A program made the position numbers and the translations under genes. Shown piece after piece: positions 1-10,598 of a stretch of 64,000 bases of DNA. Positions within the stretch are counted from its first letter, which is position 1. Each line of letters opens with the position of its first letter. The notes under the pieces are model-generated. The model was not told the origin of the DNA, did no database searches, and worked only from the letters and a program-made list of their open reading frames with translations. The stretch covers positions 128,001 to 192,000 of the forward strand of contig CAWJQU010000008.1 in assembly GCA_963845145.1 (NCBI GenBank). Reading direction: 5' to 3'. The DNA is from an uncultured delta proteobacterium (GTDB lineage: Bacteria; Desulfobacterota; Desulfobacteria; Desulfobacterales; QNYZ01).

Positions 1-289
1 AAGAAAAAATAAAAATAAAAATCGTGGCGGCCAGAGGCAACAGCCAACGCCCTTCTTCTCCGGTAATTTCGACCATGAATTCCTCAATACCGGAAACAAT
101 GATCTCGAAGAAATTTTGCCCCTTTTGGGGAATCATCGAAAGACCCTTGACAGCCAGAAAGCCGCAAATGATCAAAATCGCCATCACGACCCACGTGTAA
201 ATCACGTGCGGATATGCATGGGCAAAATGACTCGGACCGGGACCTAAAAATTCAAACAATTTGACGAAAAAAAGATAGGGATGTTCCAC
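1..289 (-). CDS. atpB: F0F1 ATP synthase subunit a (N-terminal part, runs off window)
   Basis: Not in ORF track. Read by hand from GTG at 289: MEHPYLFFVKLFEF...HVIYTWVVMAILI...IPQKGQNFFEIIVSGIEEFM; follows atpI. Confidence 0.9.
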   Translation of the reverse strand, partial: MEHPYLFFVKLFEFLGPGPSHFAHAYPHVIYTWVVMAILIICGFLAVKGLSMIPQKGQNFFEIIVSGIEEFMVEITGEEGRWLLPLAATIFIFIFS

Positions 290-290
290 C

Positions 291-677
291 TTAGACGGCC
301 TCCTTGACCTTTAGTTTTGTCATTTCCAATACGGCCGCCGACATCATACTCAAAACAACAATGGATAGACCGACAACCAGCCCCAGCGGGTTCACCACCT
401 GCTGGGTGATCAGAAGAAATATAATAATCCCGCTGACGATAAAGCGGATATAATACTTGGCGATAATGACATTGGGCGACGCCAGATGGGGTGGCTTGAG
501 TGATCGTTTCAATGTCCGCGCCAACAAATGAAAATTGACGGTAACGATCAAACCACCGAAAAGGATTCCTTTAGCAAAAGCCGGGCTTGCGAGCGCAAAA
601 CCGAGCATGCCGGCTAAAGCGAGCAGCACCCAGTTTGTAAGGGTGATATAGCGAACAAGGCGTCTTTCAATCTGCAA
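291..677 (-). CDS. atpI: ATP synthase protein I
   Basis: 128 aa with four hydrophobic segments, directly upstream of atpB. Confidence 0.85.
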   Translation of the reverse strand: MQIERRLVRYITLTNWVLLALAGMLGFALASPAFAKGILFGGLIVTVNFHLLARTLKRSLKPPHLASPNVIIAKYYIRFIVSGIIIFLLITQQVVNPLGLVVGLSIVVLSMMSAAVLEMTKLKVKEAV

Positions 678-718
678 TGACAGACCTCTGTTATAATGAA
701 AAACAGGTGTATCCGATA

Positions 719-937
719 CTACAACTTACGGCTTTTCCTAATGGCCAGGCCGATGTTGCGGTACCCGGCGGCAATGCCCATTCCCAAACCAATCAACGTC
801 CACCAGGGCGTTGTATCGAAACGCCGATCCAGGTAGACCCCGATGGCCAGACCTATAAAAATGGATAAAGCAACCGCCAAGCCAAGACTGCTGAAGTAGG
901 CCAACTCCTTTAAAGAACGTAGGGTTCCTTTTTTCAT
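719..937 (-). CDS. atpZ: AtpZ/AtpI family small membrane protein
   Basis: IGVYLDRRFDTTPWWTLIGLGMGIAAG motif; first gene of atp cluster. Confidence 0.8.
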   Translation of the reverse strand: MKKGTLRSLKELAYFSSLGLAVALSIFIGLAIGVYLDRRFDTTPWWTLIGLGMGIAAGYRNIGLAIRKSRKL

Positions 938-1142
938 GGCATTCTACTGCCCGGCAGCCGACAAAAACCGGTTCGTTTCAGTCGCGGCGCATGTAACATG
1001 GGGTCGTTGGAAAGTCAACGGAAAACCGCATGAATTTGTCCCAAACCAGCAACACCGCCCACAGGTTTCATCATGGCCCGCCACTATTTTTTTCCTGGCC
1101 GATAAAATCATTTGCACCCTCTTAAAGCACCCGGTTTTTCCG

Positions 1143-1181
1143 CCCTGCTCAAACCACCCTGCTCAAACCACCCTTCTCAAA
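1143..1181. repeat. 14-bp tandem repeat CCCTGCTCAAACCA x2 plus partial third copy
   Basis: Seen directly; third copy overlaps the pyrK stop codon. Confidence 0.8.
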
Positions 1182-1983
1182 ATTGTATCCGGCGCGCATC
1201 CATTACAGGTCCTTCAGTGCAGGCATGTCGAAAAGGTGTTGATGAATTACGCGCAGGTACCACGCAGCTCAAACAGACGCCCATGCCGCACCCCATCATG
1301 GTTTCAAGGGCCACCTGACAGGGTATGCTGTTTTTTTCCGCAATATCCGCCATGGCCGCAAGCATGGGCCAGGGACCACAGGTATAGATCATGTCGGGTC
1401 GTCGCAAGGCGATGATCTGTACCACCCTGTCGGTGACCAACCCTTTCTTACCGGTGCTGCCGTCTTCGGTGACAGTGTGAACCGTTAGGTTTAATTCTCT
1501 CAACCGATCGACCCCGACAATGTCAGAGGATGTCCGCCCGCCGACAAACGCTTCACATCGATTGGTAGAAATCCCCTTCTCCATCATGACCCGGGATAGA
1601 AAGACCAGTGGGACCACGCCGATGCCGCCGGCCACAAAAAAATGACGTGTCGCCTTATTTGAATCAACGGGAATGTCAAACCCGTTGCCCAATGGACCTA
1701 AAAGCGCTGCTTGATCACCCTCTTTTAATTCAGACAACCGCCGTGTTCCTTCGCCGACCACCTTGATCAGCAGTTCTACCCCGATAACGTTGCCGTTGGC
1801 TTCAATGGGTGAATAAATGGAAAACGGGCGCCCCAGCAATGGCGACAGTTGATCCATTGGACGGATCATGACGAATTGTCCCGGAAAGGCATGGGCATAA
1901 CCAGACCCGATAAAAAGACCGAGACTAAATACCTCTGGCGCAACCCATCGGTTCCACATTACCTTGGCAATTTGCCGGTTCAC
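1177..1983 (-). CDS. pyrK: Dihydroorotate dehydrogenase electron transfer subunit
   Basis: RPFS FAD motif, GGIG, and MGCGMGVCLSC...C [2Fe-2S] motif. Confidence 0.9.
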   Translation of the reverse strand: MNRQIAKVMWNRWVAPEVFSLGLFIGSGYAHAFPGQFVMIRPMDQLSPLLGRPFSIYSPIEANGNVIGVELLIKVVGEGTRRLSELKEGDQAALLGPLGNGFDIPVDSNKATRHFFVAGGIGVVPLVFLSRVMMEKGISTNRCEAFVGGRTSSDIVGVDRLRELNLTVHTVTEDGSTGKKGLVTDRVVQIIALRRPDMIYTCGPWPMLAAMADIAEKNSIPCQVALETMMGCGMGVCLSCVVPARNSSTPFRHACTEGPVMDARRIQF

Positions 1984-2777
1984 GGGGTTCCTGCTTGCTT
2001 TTTATTTCCCAAGTTCAATCCGATCACAGCGGCAAAGCGACCCGTTTGCTTCTCAGCGCGATATGAAAAAAAGCGGTCGGTAGCGCACCGGGTACAGATT
2101 CGACTGACCTCAATATTTTCCGGCCGCAGTCCAGCCGCACACAATTGGTCCTTAGTGATCGTCCAAAAATCGAAATGATTTCGGTCATCCTTATACAACC
2201 AGAAGGTGTTCGGGATTTCCGTACGATAGTTATAAAATTCGGCACAGCAAGGCCCCAGTGAAGGGCCGATACCGGCTAAAATATCCGCTGGGCGACATCT
2301 GAAACCGGTAGCCATGGCGGCCACTGTTCGGCCCGCAATATCGGCTAAACTGCCCCGCCATCCGGCATGCACATTGGCAATAACTTGCCGGTTGGGATCA
2401 TACAGAAGTATCGGTTGGCAATCGGCCACCTGGATGGTTAACACCAGGCCGGGTTTGGATGTAATAAAGGCATCGGCCTCGGGCGGATCACCGTCCTTGG
2501 CATTAACTTGTTGCCTGTTTTTGGCGACAATCACCCGATCCCCGTGCACCTGCCGCAGGAAGGCCATACCATCGCCACCAACGGTTTGCAAGATACGACG
2601 GCGATTATAACGGACAATACCCGGCTCATCTCCCAAGCCATCGGCCACGTTCAGGCTGTCAAACGGTTTAGCGCTGGCGCCTCCGTGTCGGGTAAATACG
2701 GCATGCCCCAGCCCCTCACAATCGGCGAGGTGATCGAATCGATAAAAATGTAATCCGTTTTCTTTTACAGACAGCAT
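1980..2777 (-). CDS. pgeF: Peptidoglycan editing factor PgeF (YfiH, laccase-like)
   Basis: QVHG, ADCQPILL, HAGWRG and FFSYR motifs. Confidence 0.9.
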   Translation of the reverse strand: MLSVKENGLHFYRFDHLADCEGLGHAVFTRHGGASAKPFDSLNVADGLGDEPGIVRYNRRRILQTVGGDGMAFLRQVHGDRVIVAKNRQQVNAKDGDPPEADAFITSKPGLVLTIQVADCQPILLYDPNRQVIANVHAGWRGSLADIAGRTVAAMATGFRCRPADILAGIGPSLGPCCAEFYNYRTEIPNTFWLYKDDRNHFDFWTITKDQLCAAGLRPENIEVSRICTRCATDRFFSYRAEKQTGRFAAVIGLNLGNKKQAGTP

Positions 2778-2792
2778 ACATTTACCCTCTGC

Positions 2793-3626
2793 TTAAATAG
2801 CCCGGGCTAAAGTAACCACATCCACCCGCTTGGCCCCCCCGTCAATGAGAACCCGGGTACATTCCGTTACCGTAGCCCCCGTGGTATAGACATCATCGAC
2901 CAGTAGTACGGAGCGATTCTGCACACGCTCGGGGCTGATGAGCCGGAACGCGCCCTTGATATTATGTCGCCGCTCCCGCTGCCCCAAACCGGTTTGGGGT
3001 GCCGTCCATCGGATGCGTTGAAGAATATCATCTCCAATATGCGTAGCGCCACCCTTTTGATGGGAAAAATACCCATCCCAGGCCTTGAGAAGAAGATGGG
3101 CCTGATTAAAGCCACGCTTTCTAAGTTTCCTGGCATGCAAGGGAACCGGTACGACCCAGTCGACAGTTTCCTTTTTCCAGTGACACATGTAAACATGACA
3201 GAGCAGCGCTCCCAGCGGACGCGCCAGCTCTACTCGCCCACGATACTTGTACTGGTGAATCAGCGACAGGAGGCTCCCCTCATAAACACCCGCAAATCGG
3301 GCCTTCCTGAACTTTTTGGGCTGTTTAAGGCACTCGCCGCAAATATGATCTTCACCCTGACGACCGATAAACAGCTTACCACATTGTGGACAGAGGGGTG
3401 ATTGGGCGGCACGAAAATCATCGATACATGCCGCACATAAAAAAGGCCCAATTAAAGTTCCAAAGACAGGACTTAGATTCAACCCTTTCGTTAGCCCTGC
3501 ATCCGGAAATCGCCGGGAAGGTAAACCCCCACCCTTTTTTTTTATAAATGTCCGACAGACACGGCATTGGGGCGGAAACAGGGCATCGGTAACCGATTGC
3601 AGAATGGCTATGATCAACGAACGCAT
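2793..3626 (-). CDS. comF: ComF family amidophosphoribosyltransferase-like protein
   Basis: Zn-ribbon CxxC pairs, RGFNQA, LLVDDVYTTGAT. Start moved to ATG 3626 to avoid overlapping rlmB. Confidence 0.85.
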   Translation of the reverse strand: MRSLIIAILQSVTDALFPPQCRVCRTFIKKKGGGLPSRRFPDAGLTKGLNLSPVFGTLIGPFLCAACIDDFRAAQSPLCPQCGKLFIGRQGEDHICGECLKQPKKFRKARFAGVYEGSLLSLIHQYKYRGRVELARPLGALLCHVYMCHWKKETVDWVVPVPLHARKLRKRGFNQAHLLLKAWDGYFSHQKGGATHIGDDILQRIRWTAPQTGLGQRERRHNIKGAFRLISPERVQNRSVLLVDDVYTTGATVTECTRVLIDGGAKRVDVVTLARAI

Positions 3627-3636
3627 GCGGTCAAAA

Positions 3637-4389
3637 TCACGAATTGTTGGGATCAAAGGCGGATTGTCGCTGACGAAAAGCCTCATACAGGGCGACGGCA
3701 CCGGCCACGGAAACATTGAGAGAGTCAATATCGCCTTTCTGGGGAATCGATACCAAAAAATCACAGCTCTTCCGGACCAGCGGACGGATTCCCTTCTGCT
3801 CGCTTCCCACCACCAAAGCCAGCGGCACGTTTAAGTCGGCCTCATAGAGGGAACCCTCAGCTGTCGGGTCGAGACCAGCTACCCAAATGCCTTTTGATTT
3901 TAGCTGCATCAAGATGCGATTGATATTGGTTACCCGCGCCAAACGAATGTGCTCCACGGCGCCGGCAGAGGCCAACACAACAGACGGTGTGATTGACACA
4001 GACCGATCCTTGGGGAGGAAGATACCTGTCACACCAACACAGGCGGCCGTTCGGATCAGGGCTCCGGCATTACGGGGATCCTGGATACCATCCATTACCA
4101 GTATCAATGCCCGCCCGCTGGTAGCCATAATATGCTCCGCATCGGCATATGGATAGCCCTCTGTTTGAGCGCCAATCCCCTGATGGTTCTCGCTTTTTAC
4201 CATGCCATCCAAACGTTTGGCCGAAATACTTTCCACGGGGATCGCATGTGAGCGGGCCAGTTGGGTGATCCCGGCAATTCGCGGGGACCGGTCATTAACA
4301 ACATAGAGCCGATGTATTTTTCGTCGACCGGCCAACAGCGCTTCCCGGATTGGATGAATCCCATATAGGATCGAAGGCGACGCGGTCAT
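3637..4389 (-). CDS. rlmB: 23S rRNA Gm2251 2'-O-methyltransferase
   Basis: SpoU motifs DPRNAGALIRTA, GSEQKG, SLNVSVA. Confidence 0.9.
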   Translation of the reverse strand: MTASPSILYGIHPIREALLAGRRKIHRLYVVNDRSPRIAGITQLARSHAIPVESISAKRLDGMVKSENHQGIGAQTEGYPYADAEHIMATSGRALILVMDGIQDPRNAGALIRTAACVGVTGIFLPKDRSVSITPSVVLASAGAVEHIRLARVTNINRILMQLKSKGIWVAGLDPTAEGSLYEADLNVPLALVVGSEQKGIRPLVRKSCDFLVSIPQKGDIDSLNVSVAGAVALYEAFRQRQSAFDPNNS

Positions 4390-4390
4390 G

Positions 4391-4999
4391 TCAACGGGAC
4401 CGTTGACATCGGTATGTCATCAGGATTCCGATGAGGGTTTCAATGGTATCCTCGAGTCGATCATTGATGATGACATGGCGGTAGTGGTCTTTGCAGCGCA
4501 TCTCGCGCTTGGCTTCGGCCAAACGCTTGCGAATGGTATCCGGTGAATCTGTTCCGCGTTTTTCAAGTCGGGATTTAAGCGCATCCATTGATGGGGCTAA
4601 GATGAAGATGGTCACGCTGTCAGGATAGCGTTTTAGAATCTGGGCGGCACCTTGCACATCGATATCGAGCAGCACATCGTTACCTGCCTCTAACGATTTT
4701 TCAATGTCATCCGCTGAGGTACCGTAGTAATTGCCATGCACCTTGGCCCATTCGACCCACCGATCCGCGGCGATCCGCTTTTCAAATTCGGCCTTGCCGA
4801 TAAAGTGGTAGTCTCTCCCCCGGTGCTCACCTTCACGCGGTTTCCGTGTGGTGTATGAAACGGAGTAATGAAGATCGCCGAAATGAGCCCGTATGGCGCG
4901 GCAAAGGGTTGTTTTTCCAGCCCCCGAAGGGGCCGATAAAATAAAAAGGCGTCCTTGGCAAGCGCCCTTGGCGTCTATGGTGCGGTCGGTCATTGCCAC
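4391..4999 (-). CDS. gmk: Guanylate kinase
   Basis: SAPSGAGKTT P-loop, SYTTRKPR, HGNYYGT. Confidence 0.95.
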   Translation of the reverse strand: MAMTDRTIDAKGACQGRLFILSAPSGAGKTTLCRAIRAHFGDLHYSVSYTTRKPREGEHRGRDYHFIGKAEFEKRIAADRWVEWAKVHGNYYGTSADDIEKSLEAGNDVLLDIDVQGAAQILKRYPDSVTIFILAPSMDALKSRLEKRGTDSPDTIRKRLAEAKREMRCKDHYRHVIINDRLEDTIETLIGILMTYRCQRSR

Positions 5000-5254
5000 T
5001 TACCCTTGATCTTTCAAAGCACTGAACCGTTGGGAAATTGTATCGACATTGACGGCTGACAAAATAACATGCCGGCTGTCCATGACTATCACCGAACGGG
5101 TTCGTCGGCCCTGAGTGGCATCCACCAGGAGCCCCTCCGTCTTGGCTTCATCCTTCAACCGTTTAACCGGTGCGGAGTGGGGCGCAATGATCGAAATGAT
5201 CCGCTGGGCAGCAATTCGGTTTCCAAACCCGATATTAATCAGTTGATGCGGCAT
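5000..5254 (-). CDS. remA: RemA/DUF370 family protein
   Basis: INIGFGN and [10 protein letters not shown] motifs; conserved yicC-remA-gmk order. Confidence 0.9.
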   Translation of the reverse strand: MPHQLINIGFGNRIAAQRIISIIAPHSAPVKRLKDEAKTEGLLVDATQGRRTRSVIVMDSRHVILSAVNVDTISQRFSALKDQG

Positions 5255-5321
5255 GCGTTATTTTTATTCCTTTATTCGAAAAAAAAGGTTTTTTATATTT
5301 CAGCACCCGGCTAAAATAGTT

Positions 5322-6203
5322 TTATTCTACGTTCTGGACCTGTTCGCGAATTTTTTCGACTTCAGCCTTGATGTCCACGATGATATGCGCAATCTCCGCT
5401 TTATCGGCCTTTACCCCCATGGTATTAAACTCCCGATGCAATTCCTGAAGCAGAAAATTAAGCTTTCGACCTGCCGCTTCATTGGCCGCCATCAACGACC
5501 TGAAATGGGTTAAATGACTCTGGGCGCGCACAATCTCTTCGGAAATATCACTGCGATCAGCCAGAAGGGCCGCCTCCCGCGCCACCCGGTCGGGATCGAT
5601 TCCGGCATGATCTTCGGTCAGAACACGAAGCTTTTCCATCAGGCGTTCGTGGTAAAGCGGCAAAAGATTATTAGATTTTTTTTTGACTTCAGACAATTCC
5701 TTTTCGATAAACGTAAGCCGTGTGTCGATATCCGCAGCCAACATGTCGCCCTCATGTTGACGCATACTTATTAGATCCGACAACCCCTGGGACAAACAGG
5801 TACGAATGATATCCTCACAATCCTCGCTGTTCCCTTTGATCTCCGATGTCTGGATAATATCCCGCATCTCCATCATCTGGCCCAGGGTCACCGCTTCCTT
5901 GATGCCTAAATGGTTTTTCAACGTCTCCAAGGCCTGATAATAAGCCGTGGCCAGCGGTTCATTGACGGTAAAATTGGGAATGGCGGAATTTTCTTCCTCG
6001 ACTTGCAGTCTAATTTCCACACGACCGCGCACCAGCTTATCATTCACCATCGTTTGAAGTTTTTTCTCCAGGTCCATAAAATGATGTGGCAGGTGAAAAA
6101 CGATATCGAGATGGCGGCTATTAAAAGATCGTATTTCTACCCGAACCGTGTAAGGCGTGTCCATAATCTCTGCACGGGCGTAGGCTGTCATACTTTGAAT
6201 CAT
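5322..6203 (-). CDS. yicC: YicC/YloC family endoribonuclease
   Basis: N-terminal MIQSMTAY, GRKLNFLLQELHREFNT, C-terminal REQVQNVE. Confidence 0.9.
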   Translation of the reverse strand: MIQSMTAYARAEIMDTPYTVRVEIRSFNSRHLDIVFHLPHHFMDLEKKLQTMVNDKLVRGRVEIRLQVEEENSAIPNFTVNEPLATAYYQALETLKNHLGIKEAVTLGQMMEMRDIIQTSEIKGNSEDCEDIIRTCLSQGLSDLISMRQHEGDMLAADIDTRLTFIEKELSEVKKKSNNLLPLYHERLMEKLRVLTEDHAGIDPDRVAREAALLADRSDISEEIVRAQSHLTHFRSLMAANEAAGRKLNFLLQELHREFNTMGVKADKAEIAHIIVDIKAEVEKIREQVQNVE

Positions 6204-6219
6204 TGATAACGACTCCGAT

Positions 6220-6753
6220 TTATGAGGATCGATAGCGTACATCATGCATGTACTTCGATCGCATTTGAATTAAAAATCGCTGCATCTCCGGTTGGCGATA
6301 CCCCGGGTAAGTCCATGGCAGAGCCTTGTATTGGCCCCTTTGGTAGATTAGGGTTAAATCCGCGTAAATGCCACTGCCCAGATAAATCCGGTGACTAAAA
6401 TTTTTACCCGTGGCCAGCACCAGCCGTTCAGCCAGCAAGTAGCCCGGATCGAGATTGATTTGCCGCTTACCGTTTTGCGTCCACTTTTTTTCCAGTTTGT
6501 TGGTGGCAAGTTTAACATCAACCAACGCTGGCTGTTCGATTAAAGAGGTGAAAGCGAAAATCCGTCGGTACAGATGCGCCCCCATCTCCGCTTCATAATA
6601 GGTGGTAAAATCAAAAGGAAACCAGGGACTGACCAGGTCCATGGTGCCAAAGGCATCGGTAAGCGCCTCGGCAATCACCGGCACCGTATCTTTATCCTTA
6701 ATGATCAGGCCGACAAACAATTTTGCAGGCGCCGGTGGCTGAGGCTCACTCAT
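6220..6753 (-). CDS. DUF4416 family protein
   Basis: TTYYEAEMG, RQINLDPGYL, KNFSHRIYL motifs. Confidence 0.8.
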   Translation of the reverse strand: MSEPQPPAPAKLFVGLIIKDKDTVPVIAEALTDAFGTMDLVSPWFPFDFTTYYEAEMGAHLYRRIFAFTSLIEQPALVDVKLATNKLEKKWTQNGKRQINLDPGYLLAERLVLATGKNFSHRIYLGSGIYADLTLIYQRGQYKALPWTYPGYRQPEMQRFLIQMRSKYMHDVRYRSS

Positions 6754-6774
6754 AGATAAGCGTAACGGCGATCT

Positions 6775-6948
6775 TCAGGTTGATAAAGGTTTGGCTTCGT
6801 CGATCAACATGATCGGGATATCATCCTTGATCTCATAAATTAATCGGCACTGATCGCAAATCAAACCGTCCTTGGATTTATTTAAATAGATGTCTCCTTT
6901 GCATTGGGGGCATGCCAGTATATCGAGCAAATCTTGGCTGATGGCCAT
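6775..6948 (-). CDS. Trm112/YcaR family protein (57 aa)
   Basis: Below ORF-track cutoff. Read by hand: MAISQDLLDILACPQCKG...LICDQCRLIYEIKDDIPIMLIDEAKPLST; typical position after lpxK. Confidence 0.9.
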   Translation of the reverse strand: MAISQDLLDILACPQCKGDIYLNKSKDGLICDQCRLIYEIKDDIPIMLIDEAKPLST

Positions 6949-7029
6949 GGTGATCTCCCTATTGTTGGTTCAACTTGTTAATGGCACGGATTAGGCGATC
7001 GTAGGTTTACCATACGGTCGCCTCCCTTT

Positions 7030-8193
7030 TCAAGCGGATCCGACGCCGTTTTCCCGGTTTTGATTGAGTCTTTTCAGCGATGCGGATAGAAATTTATCAA
7101 AATCAGTATCAAAATCAGTAAGGATAAAATGGATGGCCACGTTTACCACGACTAGATCCAGCGGGAATTTAATCCGACGCTCAATTCGTACAAAATCCTT
7201 GGCTGTGGTCACCAGACAATCCGCCCCCGCTTGTAACGCTTCTTGACCAATGGCAAGAAGGTCCTGATGGGTATATTGGTAATGATCGGAAAAACCACTT
7301 TGGCCGACGACCTCGCCATGCAATCTTTCTACGGATTGAAAAAAATCGTTATTCCTGGCAATCGCCGAAAAGGCAAATACCCGCCGCCCAACGATCTCAC
7401 ACGCGTCTGCCAACGGATTGGCCCCGGTACCCGGCTGATGCCCTACCGGCAGCATGCCCTCGATAACCGGTTGGTGGGAAGCTTGAAAAACCGGCTTAGC
7501 ATCGACGTAAGGTTGCACAACACTAGAAAGCGGTTGGCCTTTCTCAGCCCGGGTAAACACCACCACATCCGCTCGTTTTATGGCCGCCAACGGTTCTCTT
7601 AGAATCCCCCGGGGAAGTAGATAACCATTTCCCATGGGCCGGTGGTTGTCCAACAATAAAATATTGAGATCGCGTGCCAGACGAATATGTTGAAACCCGT
7701 CGTCTAAAAGAATCAGGTCCGGCTGAAATTGTTTGATAGCCAGGCATCCGGAGCGGTAACGATCCTGTCCGACAATAACCGGGATACCCGTTAATGATGA
7801 CGCCAGCATGAAAGGTTCATCCCCCGCCATTTCGGGCGTCATGAGAACCGTTGTGCCATCGCTGACCACCCCACCCTTTCGCTCAGCGCGCCCTTTGTAA
7901 CCACGGCTGAGTATCACCGGGTGATATCCCAGATGTTGGGCGTGTCGAGCAATAAATTGGGTCATGGGTGTCTTACCGGTTCCGCCGGCCACCAGGTTGC
8001 CGATCGAAACCACGGGGCAAGAGAGACGGTGTGTCCGCCGCCATCCTCGTTGATAGGCCACACATCTAAGCCAATGCGCTCCGCCATACAATAGCGACAG
8101 GAAGGATAGAAAACGCAGCCATAGCCCGTTGGCATTCTCAGGATGGGTGTTATTTAAATGATCCGAGCCTATCAACCGGCGGAGAGATCCCAT
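7030..8193 (-). CDS. lpxK: Tetraacyldisaccharide 4'-kinase
   Basis: SIGNLVAGGTGKTP, SRGY, LDDGFQH, LLPRGILRE. Start placed at ATG 8193. Confidence 0.93.
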   Translation of the reverse strand: MGSLRRLIGSDHLNNTHPENANGLWLRFLSFLSLLYGGAHWLRCVAYQRGWRRTHRLSCPVVSIGNLVAGGTGKTPMTQFIARHAQHLGYHPVILSRGYKGRAERKGGVVSDGTTVLMTPEMAGDEPFMLASSLTGIPVIVGQDRYRSGCLAIKQFQPDLILLDDGFQHIRLARDLNILLLDNHRPMGNGYLLPRGILREPLAAIKRADVVVFTRAEKGQPLSSVVQPYVDAKPVFQASHQPVIEGMLPVGHQPGTGANPLADACEIVGRRVFAFSAIARNNDFFQSVERLHGEVVGQSGFSDHYQYTHQDLLAIGQEALQAGADCLVTTAKDFVRIERRIKFPLDLVVVNVAIHFILTDFDTDFDKFLSASLKRLNQNRENGVGSA

Positions 8194-8195
8194 GT

Positions 8196-9272
8196 TCAGG
8201 CCGCCGTGGCCGTTAGGTAAATGCCAAAGAACAAAAAAACAGCATTGGCCGTCCAGGCAGCCACCACCGGCGGCAGCACTTCGCCATAGCCCAAAGATAT
8301 GAAAAGGCCGTATCCGGTCCAGTATAAAAAGGCGATACCGATCGCCACGGCAATGACGATGGGCAGGCTCTCCTTGGATCTTATTTTTGCGGCGATGCCG
8401 GTTCCGATAAGGCTCATCAAAAGACAAACAAAAGGAAACGCGGCTTTAGCATGCAGATCCACCCAGTAAGGAGTGGCATCATAGCCTTCATCTTCCACTT
8501 GATCAATATAACTTAAAAGTTCGACAAACCCCATCTCCTCGGAACCCCTAACCACCCGGGTGAGGTCTTCAGGTTGCAAGCCAAGGGATTCTATGGCTTC
8601 TTCATAAAGGGCAACATCGTAGATTTGCGTGGCCGCATTGTACTTTTGCTCCATCACATCATTCAAAATCCAGGCACCCGCTTTAAATACGCCCTTTTTC
8701 GCATCCACCCGCCGGACCAGGTTGAAAGCCGGATCGAATTCATACATCACCACGCCAAAGGTGGTATTTTTGGCGGGATTGTAGTGGTCGATATGGATAA
8801 TCTTCCCTTTTTCCTTGATCCAGATATTTCGTTCGCGGGACGTATTGACACTCTTTTTCTTTACCTCTTCCAACCAGATGCGGTTGGCCTTGCTGATCAT
8901 AACGGGTACCGCTGATTCGGAAATAAAAAAGAGTAGCAACCCCATAGCAATGCCGACTGCCAGTACCGGCTTGAGCAGAGGGATAACACCCACACCACTG
9001 CTTCTAAAAGCGATTAGCTCATTATGCCGATTCATCAAGCCAAAGGTAATAATGACGGATAACAGCAAACAGATGGGAACCATCTGAGCGACGACAAAGG
9101 GAAGCTTATAGGCAAAATAGGCCAGAATTCTTGATACGGAAATGCCAGCCTCGATAAAGTTATCTATTTTCTCAAAAAAATCGACGATATAAAAAAGAAA
9201 TATTAATGCCACCATAAGGATTGCAAAGTGCCGGGCCACTTCTTTTATCAGATAGCGATTGATAATGGACAT
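8196..9272 (-). CDS. lptG: LPS export ABC transporter permease LptG
   Basis: YjgP/Q layout with NELIAFRSSG; follows lptF. Confidence 0.88.
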   Translation of the reverse strand: MSIINRYLIKEVARHFAILMVALIFLFYIVDFFEKIDNFIEAGISVSRILAYFAYKLPFVVAQMVPICLLLSVIITFGLMNRHNELIAFRSSGVGVIPLLKPVLAVGIAMGLLLFFISESAVPVMISKANRIWLEEVKKKSVNTSRERNIWIKEKGKIIHIDHYNPAKNTTFGVVMYEFDPAFNLVRRVDAKKGVFKAGAWILNDVMEQKYNAATQIYDVALYEEAIESLGLQPEDLTRVVRGSEEMGFVELLSYIDQVEDEGYDATPYWVDLHAKAAFPFVCLLMSLIGTGIAAKIRSKESLPIVIAVAIGIAFLYWTGYGLFISLGYGEVLPPVVAAWTANAVFLFFGIYLTATAA

Positions 9273-9277
9273 AGCGG

Positions 9278-10477
9278 CTACGCACCAGATGGGGGTAAAG
9301 GCGGGGTCGGATTGTTCGAGTGTTCCCGACCGGGCCGGAAAAAATGGATAAATTGAAATGTGCGATTATGGGCGGACCGGTAAAAAAAATAGAGCGCAAT
9401 CATCAAAATCGCGAAATTGGGCGTCCACATTCCGATAATCGGCGGGTACAGACCGGTTTCGCCAAATACCTTGCCGGCAGACATCAGGGCATAATAGATA
9501 AAAAGGAACCCCAGGCCCAACCCCAACCCGTAGGTTTTGCGCAACCCGCTCGATAAAATCCCCAGAGGCACGGCCAAAACCCCCAAAAACAAACACGACA
9601 TCGGAATGGCAAATTTATTGTGAAAGGTGATCAACCGCGAATAATAGCGGCTGTCTTTTTCCTTGGCACTTCGTATGTAGTCAGCCAGCTCAGCCAGACT
9701 CATCTCCTTGCGGTGCTTGTGTTCACCTTGGGGAGCGGCAGCGGTTACCGCAGGTTTTAAGTCCATTTTTAATTCATAGGTACCGAATTTTATTGAATTG
9801 ACCGTTTGGTGTTTTAAATTGGCTTGATTATAGGTACCGTCAAACAGCCGTGCACGGGAGACAAGCCTATCCGGACCCTTTAACAGGACCATACGTGGGG
9901 CCACGATAGTGCTCACCATGTTTTTGATGCGCCGGTCTTCAATAAACACATCCCGCAACTCCTTGGTCCACGGATCAATCTCATTGACATAGATCGTGAC
10001 ACCATCAAAATTATCGCTGAAAGTTCGCTCTTTTAGCCCGATCTCCAGATTTGCCACTGCCACCTGATAGGTCAACTCTCTTAAAGCCAGACGGCCCCAG
10101 GGCAACCCGTAAACCGACACCCAGAATGTCAACGCCACGCCGATCAGGCTAAAACCAATAACGGGTGGTAAAAGTCTTGCGATTCCCACGCCGCCTGCCC
10201 TTAAGGCAATGATTTCGTTATCACCGGACATGCGCAGAAAGGTTAGAAGGACACTGGTCATAACCGCAATGGGAATCACGTAAACGAGAAAATAAGGTAT
10301 AAAGTAAACGATCATTCGAAAAACCGTGCCCAGCCCAACATTGTAGTTGATAACCATATGCGTGATATCCAGGATTTTGGTCATCAAAAACACGAAAGTA
10401 AAGAAAACCAGGTTGAGGGTAAAGGGCAAAAAAAGTTCTTTGAAAATATATCTGTCGATGATCGTATTTAATTTCAT
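9278..10477 (-). CDS. lptF: LPS export ABC transporter permease LptF
   Basis: DRYIFKE, RMSGDNEIIALRAGG. Confidence 0.88.
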   Translation of the reverse strand: MKLNTIIDRYIFKELFLPFTLNLVFFTFVFLMTKILDITHMVINYNVGLGTVFRMIVYFIPYFLVYVIPIAVMTSVLLTFLRMSGDNEIIALRAGGVGIARLLPPVIGFSLIGVALTFWVSVYGLPWGRLALRELTYQVAVANLEIGLKERTFSDNFDGVTIYVNEIDPWTKELRDVFIEDRRIKNMVSTIVAPRMVLLKGPDRLVSRARLFDGTYNQANLKHQTVNSIKFGTYELKMDLKPAVTAAAPQGEHKHRKEMSLAELADYIRSAKEKDSRYYSRLITFHNKFAIPMSCLFLGVLAVPLGILSSGLRKTYGLGLGLGFLFIYYALMSAGKVFGETGLYPPIIGMWTPNFAILMIALYFFYRSAHNRTFQFIHFFRPGREHSNNPTPPLPPSGA

Positions 10478-10598
10478 GGGTCGAATTGGCCCCGGGAATT
10501 ATGCCACTGTAAGGATCAACACCCTTGGCTTAATCCTGATGGTTCGAGGCCAAGAATGAAAAATATTATACGCTTGCCTGCCCGCCTGCGACAATAAA